Origin: Protoeuglena noctilucae
Taxonomy: Eukaryota
Direction of reading: 5' to 3'
Assembly: GCA_958009085.1 (NCBI GenBank)
Contig: OY253668.1
Span: 1,178,001 to 1,242,000 of the forward strand
Length of the DNA stretch: 64,000 nucleotides
The position numbers and the translations under genes were made by a program. The notes under the pieces are model-generated. The model worked only from the letters and a program-made list of their open reading frames with translations, ran no database searches and had not been told where the DNA came from. This document shows, piece by piece, positions 1 through 13,900 of this stretch (position 1 is the first letter of the stretch; every line of letters starts with the position of its first letter).

Positions 1-12
1 CGTGGTTGCACG

Positions 13-1564
13 ATGGCTGCCGACCCTGTGGAGCCCACGGCCCTGTGCTGCGTCTGCCATCGACATTTTGCGAAGTACACCTGCCCGAGATGCCGTGCTC
101 GGTGAGGGCGGCGTCGGTCGGCATGAAAGGTTGGAAGCCTTCCATGCCGTAGCCTCGCCCGAGCAAGTGCTCCCGCCAGCGTGCGGGTCGACCGGGTCAA
201 TGTGTCGATGTTAGTGGTTCCTTTCCTGCCACATCCACAGGTATTGCTCCGCCCCCTGCTACGGGGGCCACAGCCAGCGGTGCACGAGGGAGTTCGCGGA
301 TGAGAGCGCCGGGGACGCGCTGCGGAACGTGCGGTCGACGGCAGAGGAAAGGTATGTTGCAGACATGCACGGCGCGACTGCGAGATGTTGGATCGGGGCG
401 CCACGGTGGCCCCGTCATGACGGCCTCACAGGAAAAGCATGGTCGACATCCTCAAGCGGCTATCCCTGGGCGACGATGCGGGGCATGAAGAGGAGGACTC
501 GGACGGAGGCGAGGGTGACGGAGGGTGGGAAGGAGAGGGCTTGCTTGGGCCGGCCACGCTGCGCGCGCTGGCTGCCAAGCTGGAGCGTGGCGAGGAGGTG
601 TCTCTGGACGACCTGACAGAGGAGGAGCGAGAGCGGTTCTGCCGAGCCGCGAACCGGGGCGCCGTCCCGCACCACGTCGCCTGGGCGCCGTGGTGGGCCA
701 CCGCAGACGCCCGGGGGGGGACGCTGACGGCGAGCGGGCAGGCGCTGGTAGCGGAGGAGGGTCCGGAAACCGACGATCCCGGGCCAAGCGCCCTCCCTCC
801 CGCGTGGCCCGAACCCCTCCCTGAGCCCGCGGCCCTGACCAAGTCCAGCCCATCCCCGCGTTTGGCGTGGAGCCTCGTCGCCATCGTCCATGCGTACGTG
901 GCCGTCGCCCAGCTATACGCCTGCGACTGGGCAGGCGTGGCATCCGAGGCTGGTTTGGACCTGCTCGCCTTCGCCCCCTCGCTCATCGAACCCCATCCGC
1001 CAGGTGCGTGGCCCTGCTGCTGGCGGCCCAAAAGATCGACTGTCGTCTGCTTCTCTTGCAGGGCCGCCGTGGCACCCACGTATAGTGGATTCGCGGGACA
1101 GCGTCTTATCTTTTGCTGCCGCAGAGGGGCTGGAGCCCTGCATGATGGCGGCCCAGGAGGCCCTCGGTCGCTTCCTGGCCGAAGCCGGGATGTCGACGGC
1201 GGCAGGAAGCGAGCAGGTCCGCGGCGCCGCCGCCGACTGCGCGTCTCTCCTGACCGCGGGCCGCGGTGCCGTGCTGAGGTGCCTCGCCGATGTGAAGCGG
1301 CTCCTGGACGCTGCGGGCGTCGCGCGGACGCTCGGGAAGGACGACCGGCGCGCGGCTGCGACTGCCGCTCGCAAGGTCTACTTCGTGGCGTGCTGGGCGT
1401 GCCACGCATTGCCCGGCGAGGCCATCGAGGCGCTCGCCAAGCAGGTCGCCGAGGGGGCGCGGCAGCTCCCGTCGGCGTCCGATCGCACCGAGCCGCTCGC
1501 GGTTGGGGCAGCGGTGCCCCGGAACCCCTCCCTGGCCGGGCATCGCCTCGTGGAGGAACTCTAA
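13..1564 (+). CDS. Zinc finger HIT domain protein (ZNHIT2-like), 4 exons (~13-101, 241-351, 432-1003, 1125-1564)
   Basis: Spliced N-terminus MAADPVEPTALCCVCHRHFAKYTCPRCRAR|YCSAPCYGGHSQRCTREF matches the zf-HIT CxxC...YxCPRC...YCSxxCYxxH pattern. It is followed by an acidic region and a WxPWW motif. The GT-AG introns keep the frame. Confidence 0.85.
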
Positions 1565-1975
1565 GACGCGGGGCAGGAGCCCCATGTCTGACACCTGTTG
1601 TCGGACACCCCAGCCCCGGCCGTCTCTCGCCCGTCATCGGCGACGACTCCCTTATAGATCTGCATCGCCTACACCGGCCGACAGCAGCACGTCGTCACCC
1701 GACTGGTCCCTCTGCGAGCAGCAAGGTGAGCTCCTCCGCGATTTCACGCCGTTGACCCTCGCAATCGCCTTGTTGAGTAAAAGTAACGCATTTGACTGGC
1801 ATGGCGTGGTCGTCGTCGCGATCGATGCGGTCCCGCGGGAGCCCCGGCACTTCGGTTGGTTAGGGTGGGAAGTGGACGGTCGGTCATTGCGATCGATCGC
1901 GGGAGCGCCAGCCCTGTTGATTTGGTGGGTGGGATGTCGATGGTCGGCGCGAGGGACCGCCGTGGCTCCTCGCAG

Positions 1976-4524
1976 ATGGCCAAGGTGGACTCGGAGCGCA
2001 TGGCCCCTGCGGGGGCGGAGCTCCCTCGCCGCCGCAAGGTCCCTCCCAACCACCAGCCCATCATCGACCCCGAGCACACCATGACGAGCCAGCAGCGGAC
2101 CCGCGAGATCAACACCGCGCTGTGGGGGTTCTACAAGCACGTCGAGACGGAGGTAGCGGACCAGCTGGGCTTCCCAAACCCTCTCGAGACGGGCGTCCCC
2201 ATCAGCCCGCTCCTCCCGCTCCTCGCTCGCCACATCAACAACAGTGAGTCGAGCCTCGGCCGCGTGCTCGCACGGGCGCTGCCTGAAGCGCCGTTCCCGT
2301 GCTGCCCCGTCTCGGCTGCGTGCTCGCTCGCACGGGTGCTGCTTGGAGCGCCGTTTCGTGCTCGATATTGCCCGTCTCTCCTCCGTCCGACAGTTGGAGA
2401 CCCCTTCATGCCAAGTGCCTTCAAGGTCAACGCCCACAGCTTCGAGCAAGGCGTCATTCGCTTCTTTGGGAATCTCTTCGACGTGCCCCCGGAGGACCTC
2501 TGGGGTTACGGTGAGCGAGGAGGAGCGGCGGGGCATGGGAGGAGCGGCAGCGCGTGGGTTGGGAGCCGCAGATGGGTCGCTGGGAAATGTTTGGGGGCTT
2601 TTGCGGGCCCCTCGTGTAGGATGGCACGCCTTGGCGCAACCAAGGGAGTCCTCCGCGCTGCCCGCCCCCGCAGTGACGTCCGGGGGCACGGAGAGCGTGC
2701 TGCAGAGCATGTACACGGCGCGGCAGAACTTCCCAGACGCTCCCTTCTTCTTCAGCAAGGAGTCGCACTACTGCGTGTACAAGGCGGCGCGCATGATGGG
2801 CGTGGAGAAGGTGGAGATCAACACGCAGGAGGGCGGCGAGATCGACTACGGCGAGCTGCGGGAGGCCCTGCGCAAGAACCGAGAGGCCGGCCGCAAGGCG
2901 GTGGTCAACCTTAACGTGGGCACGACCGTGCGCGGCGCAATCGACGACATCGACAAGGTCGCGGCCATCCTGGAGGAGACGGGGAACAAGCGGGAGGACT
3001 TCTTCATCAACGCAGACGCGGCCCTGGTGAGCGAGGGCGCTCGTGCTGTGCAGATGTGGAGGCTCGCCTGTGCCCTGTGATGCCGGGGGGCTTGGCTGAC
3101 CGACCGGTGGCGTGCATGGGCTGGCTGACATGGTGTCGGCACCACCTGCCCTGACCAATCTCGTCGTGACTGCTTTCTCAGTTCGGCATGATGCTCGCGC
3201 TCGGGGACGAGGAGGCCCACGGCAAGGTGTCGTTCCGCAAGCCCATCGATGCCATTGCCGTCTCCGGCCACAAGTTCATCGGCTGCCCCATGCCCTGCGG
3301 CATCTGCATCATCCGCCGTCACTTGCTCGAGCCCATGCGCCACGAGGTGAGGGTTGCGGATGGGACGCGATGTGACTGGGCAGTGCCTGGGTCCGGTATT
3401 TGGGAAGCATGCTTGGCGTGCACGGTGCTTGATTGCCTGGACGTGCTCCCTTGCACGTTCCCTTGCGCACGCTTGACCTACCCGCACGTGCCTCATCCTT
3501 CCCAGATCCCGTACCTGTCGAGCATCGACGACACGCTCACCGGGTCCCGCAACGGCATGCTCGCCGTCTACCTGTGGTACCTGCTGTCCTACCGCGGCAT
3601 CGAGGCAAGTGCGCGTGCCGAGTGCCTGTGCCGGCGGGGTGGGAGTGGCTGTTGATGATGTATGGAAATGCCATGTTTGAGTGTTTCTCCAGTTTGACAA
3701 CCCCGTCTTATCGTGCTCTGGCAGGCCTACAAGGAGGACGTGCGCCATGTGTACCGCATGTCCGAGGAGCTCAAGTCCATGGTGAGACCGTAGGGCGGCC
3801 CCTTGGCTGGCAATGACCCGGCAGAGGGGGACTGTGCGCAGCGGGCGAGTGAGGCAGCATGGCGCCCTGTCCTCGGCCGCAGCTCGAGAAGGGCGGCGTC
3901 AAGGGAGTGCAGCTCAATCCGTACAGCAACATCGTGGTGTTCCCGACGCTCAAGGAGCACAACTTTGCGGCCAAGTGGGACCTGAGCTCCGCGGGCGGGC
4001 AGTCCCACGTGGTGGTGCTGCCCACCATGGACCCCCAGACGCTCAAGCTCTTTGGGGAGACCTACATCGCCTGCAAGGACGCCGCCGAGGCCGCCGAGCG
4101 TGAGTGCGACGCGCGTGACTTGCCGGGGTGCTCAGACGCATGCCGCGTTCCCCCTTGCGCTGCACACGGGGCCGTGGCTGGATGTCGCGTTGAACCGATA
4201 TTGGCCTGGCAGTGTCGATGATAGCCCAGCTGCTGCTCAACCACAGCCGGGGGATCACGTAGCCACACCACGGCCGGCTCGCTCGCAGGCGGGGAGGAGG
4301 TGGACGTGGAGGGCATCCGCAAGCGCATGCGGGGCGTGCCGTCGCTGGCGAGCCTGGTGATGCGGCCCAGCACGACCACGCACCGCAAGGGCGGGAAGGA
4401 GCCCACTCCCGAGGAGGCCAGCACGACGGGCACGAGCTCTGGCACGAGCGAGGACGAGGGCGCAGGACAGGCCAAGGGGCAGCAGGGCAAGTGCGGCCGC
4501 AAGGCTGGCCTGAAGCACGACTGA
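1976..4524 (+). CDS. Group II PLP-dependent amino-acid decarboxylase (serine/histidine decarboxylase family), ~8 exons
   Basis: Motifs INNIGDPF, WGYVTSGGTES, SHYCVYKAARM, NVGTTVRGAIDD, SGHKFIGCPMPCG (PLP lysine) and YLSSIDDTLTGSRNG are recovered after splicing. The C-terminal exon boundaries are less certain. Confidence 0.88.
2254..2378 (+). repeat. Degenerate two-copy direct repeat (~55-65 nt) inside a decarboxylase intron
   Basis: gcgtgctcgcacgggcgctgcctgaagcgccgttcccgtgct...cccgtctc recurs as gcgtgctcgctcgcacgggtgctgcttggagcgccgtttcgtgct...cccgtctc. Confidence 0.75.
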
Positions 4525-4999
4525 GTGAGCGGGAAAGGAAGGGGCGGATGGCTAGGGCAGTCGCAAGGCTGGAGAGCGGTAGGGGCTGGGCTAGGCGAGA
4601 GCGCTAGAGTGGCTTTGTTTGTTCCGTTGCTTTGCACGCTGCTTGGCAATGCATGCATGTGTTGAAACGGGCACCTGCGTCACCATTCCATCACAAGGCC
4701 ACGACATGACAAGGCCACGATACATACAAGCGTCGCGTCCAGCGCGCACCGTGCTAGCGAGCCAAGTCGGGGCAAACTCTAACCTACAGCGGGCGCTCGG
4801 ATGTCGTCGGCTGCTAAAACAGCCCTCGCGCGCTCGGTGCTCGAGCAGCGGTGAGCCGCTCCGACCACGTGCTAGGCGCTCGACGGTGCGTGAATTGCGA
4901 AAGCCACAGGCTTCCCAAAAAGAGAGATGCTCCTGGTACAGGCGCCGCGCGCCTCAGGAGCCATCGTTACCGGCCCTCCCGCCCCTCCGCGCGCCCTCC

Positions 5000-7900
5000 T
5001 CAGTCAGCCTTGTCGTCTCCGGCCCGCGCCTTGCCGCGCTTGTCCTTCTCCATCGCCTTCTTCTTCACCAAGTCGTCCAGCAGCTCGTCCTCGTCCGTCT
5101 TGATCTCCTCGTTGTACAGCTCGCGGCTGATCTCCATGATCAGCGCGTCCATCCCAAGGTCCTGCATCGATACAACGAGTCATGAGAGGTGTCAGGGAGG
5201 CACTCCATGCCATGCCAGGCACCCCATGGACTTCGGATGCCCCTTGCCGTGACCAGGGCCGGGGGTCGAGATAGATTCGTGCCCCCGTGGCAGCCCTCTG
5301 ACATGTCGAATCTGGCGTTTCGCGGCTCGCCTGGGGGAGGTCCGCGAGGACTTGGGACATGCGCCACATCTCCCGGCGGTGCAGGCGCAGGAAGGGGCGC
5401 ATGAGGAAGAGGGCGAGCAGCACGGCCATCACGACCGTCCCCGCAAAGACGCCGATGTTGATGCGCTGGATTGTCTTCAGCTGGTCAATGTTGTTCGTCA
5501 CTAGAGTCCCGCTGCGTGCGGGAAGGGAGAGCCGACGTGCCGCGCCGCGCGTCGGCCACGGCCACCAGCCCTGATGCACAGCATGAGACCCCGACGCCAC
5601 GGCATCTCCGCCCTCACCTCTCCCCGACGCCCTTGAAGAGGTCGCTGGTGCCGACGTTCTGCAGGAGCTGGTATCGCTCGTTCAGCGGCGTCAGCCACGC
5701 GTCGTGGTCCGTGGCGAGGTACTTGGCCTCCTCCACCAGATTCTGCGTCGTGATGTACAGCCCGCGCTGGTCCAGCCACTTCAGGTCCGCCTCGTCGGCG
5801 CACGACCCGGACGACGCCAGGCACACATCGCCGAAGAAGAGCGTCGTGAGGGCGGGGACGTCCCAGATCGTGCCGCCCACCACGTTGCGCCCCTGGAAAT
5901 TGCGATTGCCGAAGATGAAGGCTTTGATGGCCTGGACGGAGAGGTTGGCCGCGTCGGTCATCTTCGTACGCGTGGTCGCGAGCACGTCCGCGCTGGCGCC
6001 CTCGGCCGCCAGGGCCACGAGCTCCCCGGACCAGGTGATGATGGCGGTGGCGGCGTAGGTGAAGGTGGTGACGGCGTACTTGGGCTCGAGGAGGTGGCGC
6101 TCGCGGCGCTGCAGCTGCCACGTCATGCCCTCGACCACAGCGATGACCGCGGCCCAGGCCAGCACGGGCAGGAGGAAGAGCAGGTCCCCGGCGCGCCTCC
6201 GCCAGGCGCCACGCTCGCCCGCCGACCCCGAGATGACGTCCTGCCTGGCGCGCAGCACCCGCGTGTAGGGCAGGCGCATGGCCAGCAGCTGCTGCACGCG
6301 CCGGCGCCGCGACTTGGGGTCGCCCTTGGTCACGGCGTCCAGCAGCGCCTGCTTCTTGTTGCCCGTTTGCGGGGCCTGGACGCCCGGGGTGGGCAGGTCC
6401 GCGGCCTCATACTGCTCCGAGGCGTCGGCGTCGTCCTCCTCCAGGACCCCGAGCGAGACCTCCCTCTGGGAGAACTCCAGGGCGATGGGGCGGGGCACGG
6501 CGATGAGCAGGGCAAAGAGCGTCATGCGCAGCTCGTGGATGCGGGCCAGGCGGGACTTGAGGACGAAGAGCACGATGGGCGCGACGCCCCCGACCTCGAT
6601 GGCCAGGAACACGATGGCGAGGATGCCGATGGACCGCAGCGAGGAGCCCGCGAAGTCCTGCATTTGCGCCTCGATCTGCAGAAGTCGGGGCGATGTGGAA
6701 TGAACCCAAGACGGAGTCGGGCGCTTCGCGTCACATGTTTCTGACGACACCGCTAAAACACCGCGCGGGGACACTCGCCTGCTGGGCGCGGTCGACTAAC
6801 GACGACGCGTTATCGGAAATAAACTGGAACTCGAAGGTATTGGACAGCATCGGCGGATTTGCAGACGCCAGCGTGTCTGGGGAGGTGCAGAGAAGAGATA
6901 TGTCGCATCTGGCGGGACACACGTCCAATGCTGACTGCGATGGGCGTGGTATGTCGCATGCGTGGTGCGGGCAGGCAAGGACAGGCGCGGGCAGGCGAGG
7001 AGCTTACCCGCGGACCCGACAAAGACCACCACGGAGTCGAAGTAGTTGTTCTGGAAGTTGATCTTGGGCGCACCCGTGTTCGGCCTGGTCGCACAGGGGA
7101 AGGAAGCGCGTGGGTGCGGCGCTGCGATCGCTGAGCCAGCAACCGAGGCGCAACACGGCAGCGATGGTCACCAGGGGTCCACAATGTTGACCAGGTTGTT
7201 GCCCTTCCAGAGGTCGTACAGCGTCCGGTGCGTGTGCCCGTTGATTTTGCTCAGGGCCTCGTAGAGGAGCTCGTTGTTCTCCGAGATGGTCTTGCCGCGC
7301 GACGCCAGTCGGCTCCGAGCGTCCGCGAGCGTCAGCCAGGGGTAGTCGCGGTAGGCGGCGTAGGACTCGATGATGCGGGCGTAGAGGAGGGTGCTGATGA
7401 ACATGCGCTTCTGCTGCCCCGCGTTCTTGAGGTAGCCGACGATGACCGACTGGCGGCCCACGGCGTCAACCAGGAGCGCGAAGCCCACGGCATGCACGGC
7501 CACGATGACCAGGAGGGACAGCACCAGGGCACGCTGCATGCGCCGGAATGGCTTGAACAGCGTTTTGGACGTCAGGAGGGCGTGGATGCGGTTCAGGCGC
7601 GCCACGCGCTCCTCGTTCGACCCTGCAGGGGCGGACAGAGACGCGGTGACGTGGCACGCGGAGGCTCGGGCCAAGCGTGGCCGCAGCTGCGGGCTGCTGC
7701 AGCGCGCCGGGAGCCCCCACCGATGTGCACGATGTCCGAGGCCGCCTCCTCCGCAGCCTCCGTCGCCCCCGGCTGGGTCATCGCCTTCTCCGCCGCCACC
7801 GACATGGCTTTGTCCGCGGCCGTCGACTCGGCCGCCTTGGCCGCCTCGTACCGCGGGGGCGGCGACGCGTCCCTCGCCTTCGCCACGAGCAGCGCGGGCT

Positions 7901-10900
7901 CCTGCTCCGTGCCCTTCCTGCCCCGTCGCAGGCTGCGGACGTGGCGGCCGCCCGCCTCGTCCCTACCTCCGCCCGCCTCTGCCATGTACCCGGCCAGCGG
8001 GTCCCCGCTCGCACCCACGTTCGCCGCGAGACGGGACGGACCCCTGCGACCGACGCGGGCAGCATTGGTGCCTGGATGCGTGCGGGCCACAGCCGGCCGA
8101 TATCTATGGCTGGCAAACCGGGTACTCACCGCTGCAAGATAGGGTGTGGCGGCTGCGCTGCCGTCGCGGGTGCCACTGCGGGCGCCTCCGCCATCGCTGC
8201 AGGCGCAGGGTCGTCCTCGGGCGGCATGTCCGCGCCCGCCGACGGCTGCGGCTGCTTCTTGTCGGCCCATGCCTTGTCCAGCTTCTCGAGCGTCTCCGGC
8301 CTGAGCGGGAGGGCCTGCCCCGGTGCCGCGTCGCCGGGGAAGGCCTCGGAGCGGGCGAGCGTGCCGCTGCCCTCGACCCAGGCCACGGTGCGCTGGTACC
8401 AGAAGCTGCGGGGGGGTCGTGCGGGTATGGACTGAAGATGATGGTATTGAGGAGAAGCGAGAGCGAGTGGAAGATGAACCGTGAACGGCAATGCAAGCAG
8501 CAGGACCCGCTTGCGTGGATGGCCCACAGCGGTAGAAGCGGACAGCCGGAGTCAACCGCATGACCTCCACACGTGACTCGCCTCGATGTGTCGACGTTCC
8601 TCCCGGACTCCCGCACGCTCTGGCCGCTCTCGTGGCTCCCTTGCCCCGCCGACGCGGCCTCCGCGGGCACCGAGAGCCGGCTCGGGTGCCGGGCGATGAA
8701 CTGGCGGCCGCTGGTCGTATGCCCCATCTGCCGCACCACGTCCCGCTCCTCGCCCTCGACAACCTCCGCTTCCCCGGAAGAGCCGTCCTTAATTGCCCCC
8801 CGCGCAGCCGCACCCTCGCTGCCGCCCTCCCTGTCCTCGTCGTCCTGGTCCACATCCTTGTCCGCCCCACCCGCATCCCCGCTGGCCACAAAGTACGAGT
8901 CCATGGTGTTGAGCCGCGCGCGCGGGTGGGGCCGCTGCGGGCCGCTCCCGCTGCCCACGCGCTCTGCTGGCAGCAGCGGCTCTCCACCCCGTGGGGCCGC
9001 GGCCTTGCCCTCCTTCGCCGGCCCCCCGTCCTGCACCCGACTGGCGCGCTCGGGCTGGCTCGCGCGCTCGGTGTTGGCCGGGCTGCAGCCGTCGGCGTCC
9101 TGGGTGTTGTGCGCGGTGATCGTCTTGCGCCTCCGCATCTTCCCCGCCCCGGACTGGGTCACCCGCCTCCCCGACGCAGTGCTCGCGTGCGGCCCGTCGC
9201 CCTCGGCGACCGACGGCCGCGCTACGCTCGCCACCGACATTTTGGACTTGCGCCGAGTCGTCAGCGCCAGCGGAGGGAACGCGATGCCTGCAAAAGCACT
9301 TAAGGTGTGGGTGTGGCTTCGTGGGCCAGGCCCAGATAGACAGCAGCGACAGCTGAAAGCCGCGTCATGGTGACAGCAAACACCGAGAGTCGCTGCCACG
9401 GGCCGTCACCTGGGTCGGGCCACACCATGAGCAGCACGTCCGATCGCTCGCTGGACTTGAATGCCTGGACGGTCACGAGGATGGCCGCGCCGTCCGGGCA
9501 CCTGAGCTCCACGCCCTCCACGCGGCGGCTGCAGACGTCAACGCCCTTGAGCACGCCCGGGCCCCGCTTGTCCTGGCTGCCCAGGGTCAGCAGGGCGTCC
9601 ATGCCCGCGCCCTCGGGGACCACGGGCAGCAGCCTCGACAGGTGCTGGCCGACTACCTCGGTCGGCGTTCGAACCCCCAGGACGTCGTTCGCGTGCCCCA
9701 CCAGCCGCTTGACCGTGAGTTCCCCGTCGAGCACCACGCACAGCCGCTGGACGTCGAGCCGGGCGAGGCGCACGCGCGCCACCGCCGCGTCGCCGTCCGG
9801 CACCGGCAGCGCCGTGAGCGTGACGGGCACGAGGTCGTCCGTGCCGCCCTGGGCCATGCACCGCATCGGCGGCTGTGCGCCCTGGGCGAGCGCGGCCAGC
9901 ACGGCCCGCGGCGCCGACTCGAGGACCAGGACCTCCTCGATCGACTTGCCGACGAGCTCCGCGATGCTCTGGAACTCGAGGATGTCCGCAACTGAGGCGT
10001 CCGCCACGCGCCCGTCCGCGCCCAGGCTGAGCTCGACCGCCACGTCCGCGTCGGCCTCCTGCTGCCCGCACTGGGAGAGCTGCAGGGCCAGGATGTCACC
10101 CGAGGTGGAGAAGAAGGTCTCTGGGGAACAGTACAGGGCGGCAAGGGCTGTTTGGGTGCACGAGTGGCACGTGCCTGGCACTGCATGTCTCACTCAACAC
10201 ATTGCAAGCCCTCAGCGATGTGCGGACGCGACGGGCGCGGCCGCGGCGCTCACCTGGCCCGCTGTCCGTCGCGTTCTCGCTCAGCGCCCGCAGCTTCACG
10301 GCCATGAGGTCTCCCGATGCGGTGACGACCTCCACGGGCCGCGAGAAGATGCACGGGGCCCAGGCGTCCGTCTGAGGGCAGATGAGAGTCCAAGCACACT
10401 GAGCATGCTCTCTTACAGCAGAAGGCACGACAACCGTCGACGTCTCGCGCTCGCCAGCCCGCTCGTCCGCCTCACAAGGTCGTAGTCGTCGGACTTGCCG
10501 CTCATGGCGCACTTGTGCACCACGGCCACCTCCGGCGCCATCAGATCGAAGAGCGTGCGGGACGTGAGGCCCTGCACGTCGTACCCCAGCATCTCCTGGG
10601 CACTCTGGTTGCCACCCACGATGCGCAGGGTGCCCGGCGTCACTCTCAGGACCGCCGGCTCGGCCTCCGTCCTCTGCAAACAGAGCGAGTCAGGTCATGG
10701 AGGCAGGCATGAACCGGCATAACTCACGCTCGCTTGCCCGTCGACCCAAGCATCGCACAAGCAGTCCAGCAACGCCTGTACCCAAAAGAACAGGAGGCAG
10801 GCTCCGGCCCCACCTTCATGGAGACGATGACGACGGGGAACCTCGGCGACCCCACGAGCACCGCGTGGGCCTGCACGGGGACCTGCGACGCCCCGCGGAA

Positions 10901-13900
10901 CTTGGGCACCAGCCGAAGGTCCGCCCGCGTCACGCCACGCCCCCGGCCCTTGGCCAGGACCTTGTTGACAAGCTTGGAGAGCGAGTCGCTGTCGGCCAAA
11001 GTGTCGCAGGGCTTCCCCGCAATCTCCTGGGGCTTGTAGCCCAGCGCGGAGCACAGGGCGGCGTCGGCGATAAGCGCCGTGCCCGTGCCGCTGACCCACA
11101 CGCACAGGTTCTCGGAGGCAGGGAATGCGCCCTCGGGCTGCCTCGGGCGGATGACGCCCATGTAGGTGATCTTGCCGCCCTGCACCGTCTTGGTCACGGC
11201 CACAGTGATGGGCAGGCCGTACCGCTCCCGGTGCACCCCCACCACGTCCGACAGCACGACCTGCGAGGCAAGGACAGCACGATCGAGAACTAACGTGCCG
11301 CGCTTAGATATGCGAGCCCGTCGCGCAAGGAGGCGAGCGCCCAAGGCAAGGCAACACTCGCACGCGTCCATCTCCAGGCCCTCACCTCGCGTCCGGGCTC
11401 CATGTCGGTGTTTTTGAGGATCTGGGGGTGGTGCGACGCGAGCGGCTGCGGCATAAAGATCGACACGTCCTTCCCGATGAGGTCCTGCTTCTTGTACCCG
11501 AACATCCGCGTCACGTTGGCCGTCACCATCTTGATCGTCCCGCCCACGTCCGCCACCACCACCGCGTCCTGCGTCGATCACAGCGGGGGGCGAGATGAGC
11601 GCCTGGCTAGCGTCGACACGGCAATGCCAATTGCACTGCCCCATGCCCCTCTTGACACCCACCTGGCTCTCGTTGATGTGGTACTGGGACAGGGTGTTGC
11701 CCGCCCCCTGCCCGCCCAGGCCGTCCTTGGCCTTCCCGGCCAGCTCCAGCTCCAGCCGGTCCGCCTCCTGCAGCCACGGCAAGCGATGCGTCTTGCCACA
11801 TCCCAATCAGCGCATAACCCGGGCTCAATGGCTCATCGCGCGTTCCGGCCGCACGCCCTAGTCGCGATGAAACCCCACCCGGCAGGCACTCGCAGCGCAC
11901 CTGGATGTACTTATTCCCGGCCGCGATGTTCCCGCGTACGGTCTGGATGAAGACCCCGTAGGCGCGGAGGAGTCGGGCGTTGGTGGGGTAGCGCTGCAGG
12001 ATGTTTCGGTACTGCATCTCAGCCTGCCTCTCGCGGCCGTCGACGCGGTGGAGCATCTTGGTGATGGTGCTGACGCCGACGCGGTTGCGCAGGGCGATCT
12101 TCCAGACGTCGCGGAGGGACTCGGCCGTGTCGCGGTGCCACTGCAGGACCATCTTGAGCCGCTCCTGGAGCTCCACGTAGCTCGTGAGGTCCAGCTCGTC
12201 GCCCTGCGCGCCCTTCATCTCCCCCAGGACCGCTTCGGTCATCAAACTGTGCACGCGGTTGACGAACCCGCACCGGTTGATGTCGACCTTGGACAGCGTG
12301 GACCGCGCCGACACGAGGCTCTCGGACATGTACGCCTGCGCCATGGCCAGGGCGTTGAGGAGCGGGACGCTCTCGGGCTCCACGTGCTGCGCGTGGCCCA
12401 CGGCCGAGAGGGCCGCCTGGACCCAGTCGGGGTCGGGCGCCCCGAGGGACAGGAAGCCCACGGATCGGACCACCACGTCCACGGCCTCATCGTCGAAGAA
12501 GCGGTGCAGCCGGCGCTCGCTCAGGGCCGCGTTGGGCAGCAGGGAGAACTTGACCAGCGTGGCGCGCGCCGCCACCAGGCGCCAGACCGTCAGGGACCCG
12601 GCCACGGCGGCCAGGCCCAGGGAGAGCGCCAGGAGGAGAGCGTCGGCGCGCCGGAAGCCCCCGAGCTCCGTCGACATGGCGAGGACTAGGCCCAGGGTGC
12701 CCCCGGCCCAGGTGGACCGCGCCACGGCCTGGACCGCCCCGTGGTAGGGGGCGCGGATCACGTGCACGTAGGCCACCCAGAGCCAGCACGCCGAGATGAC
12801 GTAGCCCCAGGCGCCGGCGCCGATGGTGCTGCGGGGGCCATGGGGCAGACCCTGAGCGGTCACGCAGGACACTCGGATCGCTGTCCGTCAGGTGCCCGTC
12901 GCACCCGGCGACGCTCACCCGAGGAGGAAGTGGTAGACGACGACGGTGATGATTTGGAGCGGCGCGATGCGGGCCCACGCGGCTGGGTTGGCTTGGCCGA
13001 GGAGGCTCTTGGAGATGGGGTTGAGGTCGCAGTCCTTGATGGCCATCACGAACCACGCGACAAGGTGCACGATGAGGGCCACGAGGGCGATGATGCCGTG
13101 CGGGCCGAAGGAGGCGCACTGCTTGCCGGGGAAGAGCAGCGCCACGCCGGTGGACGAGATGTCCTTGAAGCGGCGCGGGTACGTGCAGTTCCACGGCACC
13201 AGGTACACCCCGGCGAGGGCCGCGTTGCCCGCCTGCGGGGCAGCGAAGAGCCGGTGGGCTGTCGCATCGACAGAGGGGCTGGAGGGGACCGACCCGGTCA
13301 CGCCTGCGTCGTGCCTCTTAGCGTACCTTGAACAGGAGGATCTCGATGCAGCGGGCTGCGAACTTCTCCGCCTTGGACCACCAGCTCTGACGCTGGGACG
13401 AGCTCGACAGCTGTCGGGGGCGTTTGGGGGTGCGTGTTAGGGCGACGCAATCTGGCAGCACAGATGCATTCGGGCCGTGCGGTGCCCGCCCTCACCCGGA
13501 TCCGGATCAAGAGGCAGCCATATATCAGCATGAGTCCCACTGGGATGTACAGCAGCACCAGATAAGGGAAGACTTTCTGCAAGAGAAGAGGGCACCGCAT
13601 GTCAGCTGTGGAAGGCCAGCCTGCTCGGCTGCGCGAGCGCCACGGCCGCCTCCGTCACCGTGTTTCCGTCCAACGTCGTCAGGTACGTGAAGAGCGACAC
13701 CCGGCGCGTCCAGACGTACCACACTTGCTCCGTGCGAAACCCCGTCCACCCAAGGACAGGGTCCAGGGCGTACATGATCCACACCAGGACCTGGTAGAGG
13801 GAAATGACGAGCTGGAACTTCCAGGACTTGTCCAGCAGGTCCACCTGCGGCGGCAGCCGGAGGGGGCGGTGTGAGAGTCCGCACGGTGAGCCTGGAGAGC

